From: Lates japonicus
Taxonomy: Eukaryota
Assembly: GCA_033238685.1 (NCBI GenBank)
Contig: BRZM01000133.1
Location: forward strand, 92,481-156,480
DNA: 64,000 nucleotides
Direction: 5' to 3'
The notes beneath the pieces are model-generated. The model saw nothing but the letters and a program-made list of their open reading frames with translations. It ran no database searches and was not told where the DNA came from. The translations under genes were made by a program, and so were the position numbers. Shown one piece after another: positions 37,833-49,380 of the stretch; position 1 is the stretch's first letter; every line of letters starts with the position of its first letter.

Positions 37833-40429
37833 GGTCTAAACTACAGACTGTAGGGTTAAAGACAAACACAATGAGAGCTAATTATCATCAATGAACGTGT
37901 GTTATAAGATAACTCAGATGTTTTTGAGCCTGGGTCTTATTTTCCATGTGTCCGGGTGTAAATCATTGATAAGGACACAAATATTTAGAATCAGTGCAGT
38001 ATATTCCAGCAGCTGTGATGTAGGAATACCACTGCCTCAATCTGAGCCTGTCAGTGGCAAAAACAAGCACCTTAGTGGACAGACTTTAACATGGACAATT
38101 TAGCAACTTTAGTTTCTTTAGTTAAAAAGGTTTTGTGGAAAAATGTGTTAATTTGGACCAAACCTCAGGAATCATATCAGCACTGGTAGAGAAAACGTTC
38201 AGTGATACCCAGCCCCAGTGTGAAGAAAAGCAGCTCAGAGTTTAAACATGACTCAGAGATAACTGCCGGAGGATTAAAGAGCAGACAAGCACAAGAAAAC
38301 AAGAAGCTCTGTTCACTGAACCTCACTGAGGGAGAAGTCAGAGAATCCTCTGTTCGCTCTGTACGAGCAGCGAGCTCACTGGGAACTCAACACGCTCGTT
38401 AATGTTGGAAGAAAAACAGACTTTTCTAGACACTGGGAACTTATTGTGAAGAGACTGAATGTTTCACAAGACAAATGCCAGTTACTGAACCTCAGGTATG
38501 CACACTGACACACCTCCTACACAAAGGAATCACACAGTACAAAGTCTCCACAGTGATGGATTTACCTCTCTATCTGTCACACATACAGAGTGCTGAGTGA
38601 TCCTGATTAAACAGAAGCTTCTGTCAGATGAATGATTAACATCTGCATTCAGTTTGACTCTGACACTTATTTAAGTCATATGAGCTGAGAACAAACTATT
38701 AACTGCAAATATAAACTGACTGAGAGCTCAAACTGTTTGTGGATTAAACAATTAGAAACGAATCTACTGAGTCTCTGGTGTCAGTTTCTCTGACGTCCCA
38801 CATGTTCTGCTTCTCTCTATCACAGTAAACGGAACGTTTGAAGACGTCACTGAGCTGTGGGAAATGAAACAGGTCTGATCTGCTGACCACATGCCTTGCT
38901 CAAGGGCACCTGAATGGTAGTAAACAGGAAAGGGCTGCTCTTTACTTTAAGCCTGTCAGTGTGGGGATGAACCCTGGTGACATTCTGGCACTAATTATTA
39001 GATACAGCCCATACACTCATGTACATAACGTTCAGTCCGTCCTCCATATAAATGGGTGGACAAAATATTAGAAACACCTCCCAGCATAAAGCAGCACAGT
39101 TCACCAGCACCACACGTCTCAGTCTGGATCAAACTGAACCACGGCTCAGGTCTTTGTTGTGTAAAAAAACCTGTTCTTAGATGTTTGGAGTCTGATGCAG
39201 GGTTGTCACACATTAAACAACAGAAGAAGAAAAATATGGTCACCCATTAAACAGTAGAAGAAGAAAATTGGAATTAGGCCAATCTGCCAAATTTACTTCA
39301 CTATTTCAATACTTGGATTATTATGATATTTACAAACAGCAAAGTAAAGAAAAAAGTTTAAACAAAAGAGCACTAAAGTAATGTAATGAGAAATCAATAA
39401 AAGAGGAAGCTAATAAAAACAACACTGAAACTCATTTGTGCAAAGTCACAGAGGTGTAAATAAATCTACACAACTTTTAACAACAACAGAACAATGACAT
39501 GTACACAAACAACTTCCACAGGTCCTCCACTGTAATTTCCATCAAGTGAAGTTAAAGTTCTGTATGAGAGCTCTGTAATTCACCCACGTCCTCCTGAGAC
39601 TTGGAGACCTTCTCCACGTTACAGAGAAGTTTTAAATGATGTGTCTGACTCATATTTCAAATATGAGATTATGAGGAAATGGTCACTGAATAAACCTCAG
39701 TGCAGAGGTGAAACATGAGGCAGAGGTAGGAGGGCATGATGCCTCTTTGTTTAACGCTGCTGTGTCACATAAAGGCACATCTCATCTTCCTCTTTAACAT
39801 TATGAACTGTAGTGTTGGGTAAAGTATGTCAGCTCTGCTCTGTCATTTAACAAACAGAATCAGACCTGGACTGGTTTTTCCTGTAGACCTGTAAACAACA
39901 TGAATCTGTTCCAACAATGAACCTCAACCCGTACAGTTGGCCTGACAGCTGCCTAACAACTGCTCAGAGAGTAACTTGGTTACATGGGCCCACACCGGAG
40001 AGCAACTTGTTCCATTGAGGAAGAGAACGCAACACCAAACTCCCATTACAAATCCTCTAGATTTAATGTCAACCTCCTTGTTAGCCTGTGCACACCTAGC
40101 AGAGTATTAACTAAAGTATTTTAGGGATTAATAGGATGCTGCATCGAGTACGGCGTGGATTATCAAACACCAAGTAGCCTTGGTTTTAGATTAGGTTTAA
40201 CTACACCTTATATAATTACTCCACTCCACAGTCCGAGGCTAGCTTAAAATTGCTGCGAGATCGCTGGAAAACAGATGACAGACAGTTTTTAAAGTTGAGA
40301 TATTGTGAAATACAGTGCTTCTCGGTGTATCAGATGTATGCCGATTTGAAGTTTGAGTCTGATTAATGTTGACAACATCTTAAATTATATTTTATTAAGG
40401 ATTCATCTTCCCCTGTAAATCCAGTAGTT

Positions 40430-40800
40430 TAAAATTTACAGATTTCGGAGCGGAGTTCTGCAACGTTAGCTCCAGGGCTCCTACCTCGTCCCAGTGAGAC
40501 TCAGCGGCGGTGTACGGGAGGCAGGCAGCTCGGTCCCTTCTCAGACTGATCCGGACTTCCTGAATGTGGTCAGATCGCCAGAGCCAGGACGAAACAACAT
40601 AGAGACGGCAGCACTGCAATTAAAGTGGGCGTAGCTGCGGTCTTGATCCCGGAAAAAGTGAACGGTAGTCACGTGGTTTACCGACTGGTGCAGAGGTATG
40701 GATGATGCGTCATAGTCAGATGGCATCCCGCTGTGATCCATAGGTGTAAAAACACAGCTACAGGCGGCGACTGAAAACGTTTTATTCCGCTTGTTTTACT
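40430..40800 (-). promoter_or_regulatory. CpG-rich segment 2.6 kb upstream of the MVP start codon: candidate MVP promoter or noncoding first exon
   Basis: Local CpG density is high (gcggcggtgtacggg, cggtcttgatcccggaaaaagtgaacggtagtcacgtgg, with a CACGTG E-box). On the - strand there is a CGAG|GTAGGA donor at about 40487. Human MVP also has a noncoding exon 1. Confidence 0.3.
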
Positions 40801-41689
40801 TAGTGAAAACATGTTGGGACGTTGCGGGGGAAACAGCTCTTAAAGCGCTGCAGCTCTGAAGTGTTGGTGAGGTGAAATGGTGACACCTGCTGGTTCACCT
40901 GTGGAACTGCAGGTGTGTTTAAAGTATGAATGAGTCAGACTCGTTTTATCCAGGGGTGGAAAGACCCCAAATACATTTACTTAAGTACTGTATGTGCATG
41001 TTTGAGATGCTTATACTTTACTTTCATAATATCCCACATTTTACTTCTACTTCACCATATTCAGGGAAATATTACACCTTTTACTGATCTACATTTATTT
41101 CACAGCTACAGTTCATTGTCAGAATAAGATTTTAGAATAAAAGTCACATGATAGAACTGTCACTGCAGCAAAAACACACGAGCAGAGGAACATTATAGAT
41201 ATTTAATGGTTAAACAAACGATACAGCCGAGAGGACAAGACGACCAAAATAACACACAGCGCACACACATATACACACAAATACACATCATCCACTTCCA
41301 ACATGATGCAGTCTGATTGATTACACATCTTCTACAGAACTGACTGTTTTTAATCAGATTTCATTTTCATTAATAATATTTTAATGACTGAGTTTTAGCG
41401 TCATTCTGTTTCACAGGTTTTTCCATCAAGAGCAGGAGAAAAATGAGGGAAATGTTCATTTATTTTGATGAAAACACCGTTATTTTGTGGAATGTGGAGG
41501 CTGTAAAACTCTTCATCACAGGTGTGTCAGCGCAGACTGTAGTTTACCTGAAGCTGCTTCCAGTCCTTGACCAACAGCCATACTGTATGAAATATTTAAA
41601 TCGCAAACATAAAGAGAAATATAGCACTTGAACTGTTTGTCCTTATATTTATCTAAACACTGGCTCTTCGTGTTTTTCTGTCCAGTGTT

Positions 41690-41830
41690 GACAAAGTGAT
41701 GGATTGTGTTTCTTCAACCTGTGGAGTTCCTCAGGGATCGATCCTGGGTCCTCTAGTTTTTTACTTTACAGAACTTTATCTGTAAATTTGGCTGTGTGTC
41801 TTTCTATGCTGATGATGTTCTACTTTATGT
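41690..41830 (+). mobile_element. LINE reverse-transcriptase fragment
   Basis: It translates to CGVPQGSILGPLVF...YADDVLLY, the conserved RT motifs of non-LTR retrotransposons. It is short and degenerate. Confidence 0.55.
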
Positions 41831-44672
41831 TATGGGGAACTGTCAGATTATTACTTTACATTCAGTAACTTCTCATATAAAGCTGGCATTTAAATAATAC
41901 CCAGGTCTCAAATAATGGCTGGGAGGTGGCACGAACAAAGACTGAGTTAAAGACACTTTAAGGACACTGGAATTAGCCGTAGTCTAGTGTAACAACTGTA
42001 AAATCAATATATTGTCCATGTCCACGGCACTAATTTATCAGTACAACAACAGAGTCATGTCATACATACAACGGAAATCATGTTTTCATGCTCTTAATTC
42101 CAGTAATTTCTTCTTTGCTGTGCTCCTGATCCATGTTCCTGATGTTTTTCCACATTAAAAGCCAGAGAGGGCTGTAAGACTTTTAATGTGAAGCAACTGA
42201 AACAACATTTCTGTTAAGGGTCTGGTTTTCACTGCCACTCAGGTAAATATTTTCACATTTACATTAAACATCTTTAAGAGATCACTGCCCGGATGTTTGA
42301 AGGTGTTCTTATCTATTATTTCTCTTTGCCCCAAATCAGAGCTTTGGAATTATTAAGTTTTACTTCATAAGTTTTCCTCACTTATTCACTCACACACATT
42401 GTTATGGTATTTTCCAGTGTTTAAGGTCTGGTCTCAGGCTGTGATGAAAACAGATGATGCGAGTACATCCACATGGAAACTAACGGCAGCTTTGGATTTA
42501 GTATTGGGAGGTAGACACTGCCCTCTGCTGGGCAGCAATGAAATATCTGTTTATTGGAGAACTCTCTCAAGGACAAAAAGCTGAATTCTATAATAATAAT
42601 ACTATAAAGGAATATATATAAACGTGTCTTGTATCTAGTTTTAGTCTTTGTTTGATTTCTCTTTAATTCGGCTTTTTAAATCTTCCATACAGTGAGCAGG
42701 AGGACATGGAGGAGCCGACGGGATTAGGTCTGGATTGGGGTGGGGTGGGGGGGGGGGTTTTCCTGAGACTCAGAGTTAAAGAAAATCCAACACAGAGCTT
42801 CTCATTCACACAAAGGTCACATGATCACAGGACGAAACAAAACACACCAGGGTTAACAAACTTTTTCACAAATCAAACAGAGCTATGGCATGCTAAATAT
42901 GGACACTTTATCCATACGCTGCAGGCTGGACAATAACATCTCATAAACATCTTACATGAATTCTGTGTTTTCTTTAAAGGAAATGTTTGTGAAAATATCT
43001 GAGGAGAATCTGTACAAAGACCTTTGGTTGAATATCTGCTCCTGTATATACCTCTAGTGTACAATATACACATTTAGATAACTCTAATTTAAATACTAAT
43101 TTGGCTAAAATGAATATCAAAAAATAGTATGTATATTACTGACATGTCACATGCCGTCTTCCACTGTACACACAAACACTGACTCCATATGTGAAATGAG
43201 CTGAACATGCTTCTCTTCCCTTTGTATAAACAGCATTAATGAGCACTTTTACAGGTTTCTGTAGATTCATAAACACACGCACACACATCTGTAGAAAAGG
43301 TCAGTTTTTAAGAACACAAACATACTGGCACCGAGCTGAGAGGAAGACTAACTACACATGGTTAAGATCACTTGGTATAAAATAGATTATTTTTTAAATA
43401 TTACAAATGTAAAATTTGAAATGGCCAGACATGGTGAGTAGAGAGCTGAAGTGAAACTGCACCGTCCACGTTCTGTTCCATGAGAAAAGTGAATCAGCAA
43501 CAGAAATGATTCAAAATTCAGACTTAAACATAAACCTGCAGAGTGTTCAGAGGCCTAGTGTTTACTCCATTTCAGTTGAAGCAGACTAATAAACTTATAT
43601 TGTACATGGACTGTTGCAGCTGAACCCAAATATAAAAGGCAGTGAGAAGATTTAACTGCAGCATCACCACCTCCTGCTGCTGCTTCAGGATCAGCTGATA
43701 GAGATTTGATGTGCTGTCATAGCATATCATCATGGCCAAATGGAAAACTCTAATAAACCTGCAGCAACTGTCTGTTTCAGCTTTGAAATAATAAATAAAT
43801 AGTCCAGTATTCTCTCTCTTTTAGCTCTGTGTTTGGTCTCCTCCACCTCCTGAGGGAAATATCTGTCTCTTTAGCTGCTAAATGCTCCACTGTGTTCACC
43901 AGCTGATCTCTGACTGTGATTGGCTGCTGAGCAGGAAGTGAACAGCTGAGACTGAACCAGACAGGAAGCCAAAAGTAGGAGCTAAAAGAGGCTAAAAAGC
44001 TCCGGAGTGCCAAGGGAAAGTCTGGTGATAATTTTATGTGGGTTCATCACTACAGGTGACTCTTTGTTAACACAGAAATATTGATTGTAGCTGCTTTAAA
44101 ACTTAAACTCTTACTTAAAGGTCTGTTTTAAATCTTAGAATGAAACTCAACAGGAAGTGACGTCAAGACTTCAGCTCTCTATAAAGTCAAAAAGATAAAA
44201 CTTCATGTTACATTATTAGTGTTTAACAATAATCATAATAATCTGCTCAGGAGTTTCTCCTCACAGTGGGCTGATAAGAAACCGCTGGTCCAGCATTTGT
44301 CTCTTTGTTTGGTTCGTGTTTGATAAGACACGACGACGTGAAGGTTAAAAAGGTTTGTGCTGGACCGACTCGGATCCATCCACACAGAAACCAGATTCAG
44401 CAGTTTTCAGTTTGAAATGTGAGTAAATGACCCAGTTTGTGAGTCTTGTCGAGGAAGCACAGTGAAGATTAAGTGCTGGTGTTCACACTGAGAAATGAGT
44501 ATCTGACGTCTCCTTCTCTGACTGTCTTAACCGTGGAGTTCAGAGTCAGGAGGGGGTCAAACGGTGGCGAAAACCCTTCATCATCCTTCCTTTCCCCCGT
44601 TTCTCTTTCTGTGTTTCACTTCCTGAGGCTGAAGGTGGATGTTTTTGTTTATTCTGAGGGGATGAGACGTCT

Positions 44673-44769
44673 TCAATCCAACATTGCGTCCAGCTGGTCG
44701 GCCAGGTCGTCGAACATGTTGCCGATGTCGTCCAGGATGGTCCCTGCAGACTTCACTGTGGTCGCACCG
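44673..44769 (-). CDS. CASKIN-family gene, terminal exon encoding the conserved C-terminal motif and stop
   Basis: (G)[31 protein letters not shown]-stop. Acceptor tgttcactccag. Phase 2 continuity with the upstream exon gives Gly. The [12 protein letters not shown]-type C-terminus is characteristic of CASKIN proteins; this identity comes from memory, not from a search. Confidence 0.6.
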
Positions 44770-45104
44770 CTGGAGTGAACAGATGAAACACAATAGATAT
44801 ACGTTACAAACAATACAAAAATATAAATATGAAACAAATACATTGGGAGGTTTTGGCCTGAAAGTGGTGCTGGACGAAAGGTCAGAAAAGGAAGCTGGGA
44901 ATTATCTTCTAGAGACCTTGAATTGTTCTTGATTTCTTAGGGAACAAAGTTGATATTTCGGTTTAAAGGTGGAAAGTGTCCAAAATGAAAGGAGTTCAAC
45001 CTCTTGGGAGCAGAAATGTGGTGATATAACGCAGAAAGAAACGCACTTAACAGAATATTTGGTCACGTTACAGCATTAAAAAAGGCTACACCTGATGGTC
45101 TTAC

Positions 45105-45423
45105 CCGTCTGAGTTGTCCTCCAGGTTCAGTTTCCTCTCGACGGCGATCAGAGCTGCTTCCAGAGACGTGCTGGTCTGATCCAGTCTCTGTTGGACCACC
45201 TCAGTCCCACAGGACGACTCAGGGACATGACCCGGACCCACCACACACACCTGAGGCCTTGCTGCTGTCAAAGATGGACTCTGAGGGGCCGAGACCGAGG
45301 CCAGGGCCGAGACCGGAGCTGGAGCTGGAGCTGGGTGCCCGTGGGCCGGGGAGGATGGAGCAGTGAAGGCCACGCTTTGAACCACACTGACGGTCACAGC
45401 TGGAGGAGAGGAGAGTCCAGCTG
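45105..45423 (-). CDS. CASKIN-family penultimate exon (Ala/Pro/Ser-rich)
   Basis: ORF 45101..45433: ...AGLSSPPAVTVSVVQSVAFTAPSSPAHGHPAPAPAPVSALASVSAPQSPSLTAARPQVCVVGPGHVPESSCGTEVVQQRLDQTSTSLEAALIAVERKLNLEDNSDG. Acceptor tgtgtcctcag. Donor GG|GTAAGA. The phase fits both neighbouring exons. Confidence 0.6.
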
Positions 45424-45429
45424 CTGAGG

Positions 45430-45780
45430 ACACAGAGAGAATAACAGGTTTTTACGTCCAAGACCAAGTCAAGACCATCAAGTCCCAAGTCCGAAGCGTC
45501 CTAAGTCAAGCTACAGAAGTCAAGAGATAATGTCCCAAGTCAGGTTCCAAGACAAGACCAACAGAAACCATACAACGATCCAAGTCAAAAGTGTAGTCAG
45601 TGGTAAGACCAAGTCAAGACCATCAAGTCCTAAGTCAAGCTGCAGAAGTCAAGAGGTTCCAGGTCAAGTCCAGAGTCAAAATGCCCAAGTTCCACATCAA
45701 TTGCAACAAGTCCAATAACGAGTCTCAAGTATAGAGCAACAAGTTCTGAGTGAGAAAAAACAAAAAAATGCCAGAATAAG
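45430..45780. repeat. Low-complexity tandem repeat (caagtc/caagac octamer-like units) inside the CASKIN-family intron between the large exon and the penultimate exon
   Basis: Repeated agtcaagaccatcaagtcc(c/t)aagtc... units. A related array lies at about 56690-57200. Confidence 0.7.
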
Positions 45781-45915
45781 TCCCTGAACGACCCTGAAGG
45801 ATTTAAACCTGAGGAACTGACTACTGCAGATTTGAAGCTGTGCTGTTTGTCCTTGGTTGAGTCATAGATTATAACGATATTCCTGCTGTACATCAGTGAG
45901 GGGTGTGTATCTTAC

Positions 45916-47610
45916 CCTGTGCAGCCAGTAGACTGTGGCGGACCGGTTTCGGGGCAACAGCAGGAGGTTTTGGGGACAGTGGAGGTTTGATGGGGGACCC
46001 TGTAGCCGGACTGGCTGGCCTCTCCAGACTGGTCTCACTGATCCTCAGACTGACCTCCTCCTGGCTCTGGGATGGAGGCCTGCTGCTGCCGGACTCTGAC
46101 CCGGACGTCCCCGCTCCGTCTCTGCTGGGGGAGCCTCCTCCCTGCTCCTTGTCTTTGGGCTTGTGTCGGCGCTTCACTGTGTCGGACTCCTTCAGATTAA
46201 ACTCAGGAACCTCCAGGTTCTTGGCTGCTTGTTTCTCTGGAGGCTCCAGCACAGCCTCGGCCCTGGGGGGCCCCGGAGCCTTGGGCCTCTGTTTGATGGT
46301 CAGGTTTCCCTCCTCTGCGAAGGGGATGCACTCGCTGGAGCTGTTCTGAGGGGACGAGGATCCCTCCAGTCCCTGACGTTTTGACTCCTCCTCCTCCGAG
46401 TCAGACTTCACCCCTTGGTCCGGCTCGGTGCTGGTCTGCGTAGGAATACACTCGCTCTGCACCCTCCTCCTCACCCCTGCAGCCTCTCTGGGTTCCTGCC
46501 CTGCAGAGATGAGGGAGGGGGAAGGTGGCTCCTGTTCGATGAGGTCTGGTCTAGGTCCTGGGGTGTTCCTTCCCTCTGTGTTTCCTTCCAGAGAGGCAGT
46601 GATGCTCCTCACGCTCCCCGGGCTGTCGGTCACCACCATGCCCGTAGACGATGTGGTGCTGCTGTCGCTCAGCTCCCCGCTGGTGGTGCTGCTCACTGAG
46701 CTCAGTCTCTTTGGAGGGGGAGGAGGGGGACCTTTTTTCCGTGCGCGCACCGCAAACGACTGACTGCGTCCCACACTTCCGTTCTTTTCTGGACTGGACT
46801 GCAGTCGAGCCAGCTGGCTGCGGCCGGGCTTGCGGGTTAAGGTAGCGTAGGACGGCAGGTTTCCACAAGGTGCGGCTTCGTCGTCGTCCTCATCAGGCTC
46901 TCCATCCGACAGAGCGTAGCGGGTCATGCTCTGGGTTCGCTTCTTGGGCGGAGCCAGGGTCATGGTGTGGTCCTCAGGCCGGGGAGATGAGCTCAGGTCT
47001 GTAGAGCCACAGTGAGAGTGCAGGTAACTGAAACCCTTCAGTGCCGGGGAGCCGTGAGGGGAGGGGCCCCGAGATCCAGACAGCTTTGGTTTGGCTGGGA
47101 TGGCCGGGTACTTGAACACAGTGGCTGTTCCCAGAGGCACCTGCTTGGGGAGCGGCTGCTGCTGCAGAGGCCTCTGGTCCCAGCCCTCGGGGAGGTTCCT
47201 CTCCTTTGCGGGGCTGCCGTCCAGGCTCTCCTGGGACCAGCTGTGGGGGGTGATGGAGGCTGTGGGGGGCTCCTGGGAGCGGCCGGAGCCTCTGGACCGG
47301 GTGTCGATGCTCTCCTGACTCTGGGACATTCCCACTGCGTTCTTGATGGCCAAACCTTCCTCGCAGCCTCCATAGTGACTGGACATGGCCGTCTGAAGCT
47401 CGGCACTCAGCTCGCTGTCCTGGAACGTCAGCATCTTCGGAGTGTGAGGGGAAGAGCATTCGCCTGAGGAGTCGGGTGGCTCGATGGCGACCAGGTGGAG
47501 GGCCCCGGGGCCTTTGCGTCGCAGCGTTCCTTGGCCTGATTCCGCCTGAAGGATCGCCCTCTGGATGTCACACAGCTTCTTCACCGCCAACATCAGCTTC
47601 TTCTGGTGGC
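45916..47610 (-). CDS. CASKIN-family large exon: C-terminal half of SAM2 plus about 550 aa of Pro/Ser-rich low-complexity linker
   Basis: ORF 45893..47689 (598 aa): HQKKLMLAVKKLCDIQRAILQAESG..., then Ser/Pro/Gly-rich with KKGPPPPPPKRLSS. Acceptor ttctctccag. It ends LLAAQ(G) at a perfect CAG|GTAAGA donor. The opposite strand carries only GC-rich antisense ORFs. Confidence 0.75.
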
Positions 47611-47689
47611 CTGGAGAGAAAATGAAACCATTACACCACAGTAAAAACACTGGACACATGTCAGACTGTGAACTCACGACTGTCCTCAC

Positions 47690-47828
47690 CCAGCTTGGTG
47701 ATGCCGATCTCCTGCAGGTCCTCCCACGTCAGGTCTTTGACGATGTTTATGGAGTCGTAACCATTTTCAGACAGTTTCTTGTGGTACTGTGGGAGTCCGA
47801 TGGCGCTGAGCCACTCACCCAGATCAGA
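47690..47828 (-). CDS. CASKIN-family exon, N-terminal half of SAM domain 2
   Basis: [46 protein letters not shown](G). Acceptor tctctcacag. Donor G|GTGAGG. SAM-domain consensus (L..IGL..Y...L...GYD......L...DL...GI...GH..K). Confidence 0.75.
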
Positions 47829-47911
47829 CTGTGAGAGAGAACACACACTCACATTAACTGGTTTACAGTGGTGAAGTCAGTGTATTCAGCAGTAAAGAGC
47901 TGAGGTCTTAC

Positions 47912-48013
47912 TGGGATGTATTCAGGCAGCCACTCTGGGATGTTCAGATTGTTGATCTCGATGGAAATCTTCTTACGGTGTCCTGGTTTGGTCACTCCGA
48001 TGGCGGTCAGATC
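47912..48013 (-). CDS. CASKIN-family exon, C-terminal half of SAM domain 1
   Basis: [34 protein letters not shown]. Acceptor ttgtttgcag. Donor CCA|GTAAGA. Confidence 0.75.
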
Positions 48014-48475
48014 CTGCAAACAAAAACAAGACAAACAGTCTGTCAACAAACCTCCACACACAGCTCACAGCTGAGACTCTGAGTATTACAGTGATTTACA
48101 GTCAGAACCAGCAGCAAAACACTTTCAACCTCATACACCTCGACATACAAGTTCTGAGCCTTTTCAATCAACTCGCTGATTCTCTGCCAGTGTAAAACCC
48201 TCTGAGTTGCCTCTGTGTTTGAAATGGGCTGCATAAATAAATAATAATAATAATAACTTTATTTGTATAGCACCTTTCCAAACAGAGTTACAAACTACAT
48301 ACGAGCAGCTCTGAGATGTAAGGAGCTGCCGAACCAGACAGAGAATTAAAAGTGATTATTTTAGAAACGATGCTAAAAGATGCAGGTAGTCAGTGTAGGG
48401 AGGATAAAATGAGAGTCTAGACACAGGTGTCAACCCTCTGATGCAAAAACTTCAAACAGGTGAGTGTGTTTTCAC

Positions 48476-48774
48476 CTCAGGAGTCATCCTGCTGATGGTC
48501 GGTACATCATAACCAGCGCTGATGAAGTTCCCAGTGTATTGCTCCAACTGGAAGTCACTCAGCCACTGATAGATGGCCTCTGCATCCTGAAACATGTGAC
48601 CAGTACAGACATGATGAACAGAGGAGGTGATACAAACAGGTTGTTGAGGATTGTGGACATTTGTGCTGATGGTTACCTTCCCCTCCAGCAGCTGCTGAGG
48701 ACGGACAAACTGCTGTGAGAAGCTCTGCTCTGCAGGTCTCTGCACCGTCACCGTCTGCCTCCGAGGAGTCCCAC
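48476..48774 (-). CDS. CASKIN-family exon: linker plus N-terminal half of SAM domain 1; may contain a 90-nt micro-intron at 48587-48676
   Basis: ORF 48452..48850: (G)[32 protein letters not shown][[30 protein letters not shown]][37 protein letters not shown]. Donor GAG|GTGAAA. The bracketed 30 codons begin with GTAACC and end with catgtttcag, so they could be a spliced-out in-frame intron. Confidence 0.65.
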
Positions 48775-48914
48775 CTGCAGGGACGTCACAGCAGAGCTCA
48801 GCAGGTGAACACAACTCAGACACACTCTGAGTGATAAGATCTGAGAACACTTCCCTGGAGCATCAGGTGCTCTCAGTGTGGACAAATAAACCCGAGTGTG
48901 TGTTAGAAATGTAC

Positions 48915-48978
48915 CTGCAGGATGATCAGGCTGTTTGCTGAGGTCTGAGTGTCCAGAATCAGCAGCAGGGGGCGCCAC
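48915..48978 (-). CDS. CASKIN-family small linker exon
   Basis: VAPPAADSGHSDLSKQPDHPA(G). Acceptor gtgtgcag and donor CAG|GTACAT. Its phase links the exons on either side (phase 0 in, phase 1 out). Confidence 0.45.
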
Positions 48979-49243
48979 CTGCACACAAAAATACAAACAA
49001 CAAACAGAGTCATTTAGCATGACGAGGGTCACATGATGTGTGAAGTCATTTTAAATCCAAGTTGCTGAGAAATTCAGATTCATGTTGCACATTAGAAAAA
49101 TCTTTTACACTGAGGGAAACTACAACTTTAAAACTTTAATCCTGGAGAGTGATAAAACAGATTTATTCATGTTTCTGCTGCATGTTGCATGAATCAGCTG
49201 ATCTGGTCTCAGCAGGTGCATCAGTGTGATTGTACTTGTGTAC

Positions 49244-49380
49244 CTTGCTGGCGTTGTCGTGGTGACCGGTGTGGTGTTGGAGGCCGTTGGGTGCGCTGTT
49301 GCTCTCGGTGCTCTGGCCGCTGCCGGCGCTGCGGGTGCTGCCCACGCTGCCCGTACTCCCCACGCTGTTCCTGTCTCCTG
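49244..49380 (-). CDS. CASKIN-family Ser/Gly-rich linker exon
   Basis: ORF 49163..49396: AGDRNSVGSTGSVGSTRSAGSGQSTESNSAPNGLQHHTGHHDNASK. Acceptor tgtgtttcgcag. Donor AAG|GTACAC. Confidence 0.5.

Noticed and set aside
38000-44600. A CDIPT-like or other 16p11.2 neighbour gene between MVP and the CASKIN-family gene
   Set aside because: No ORF or splice-bounded segment with recognisable similarity was found by eye. A sensitive protein-to-genome search would be needed, so a missed gene cannot be excluded.
45903-47467. Multiple + strand ORFs of 73-151 aa overlapping the large CASKIN-family exon
   Set aside because: They are antisense frames of a GC-rich coding exon and are Arg/Gly/Ala-rich with no motifs. 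The sense strand carries a 598-aa ORF with SAM-domain homology and correct splice phases.
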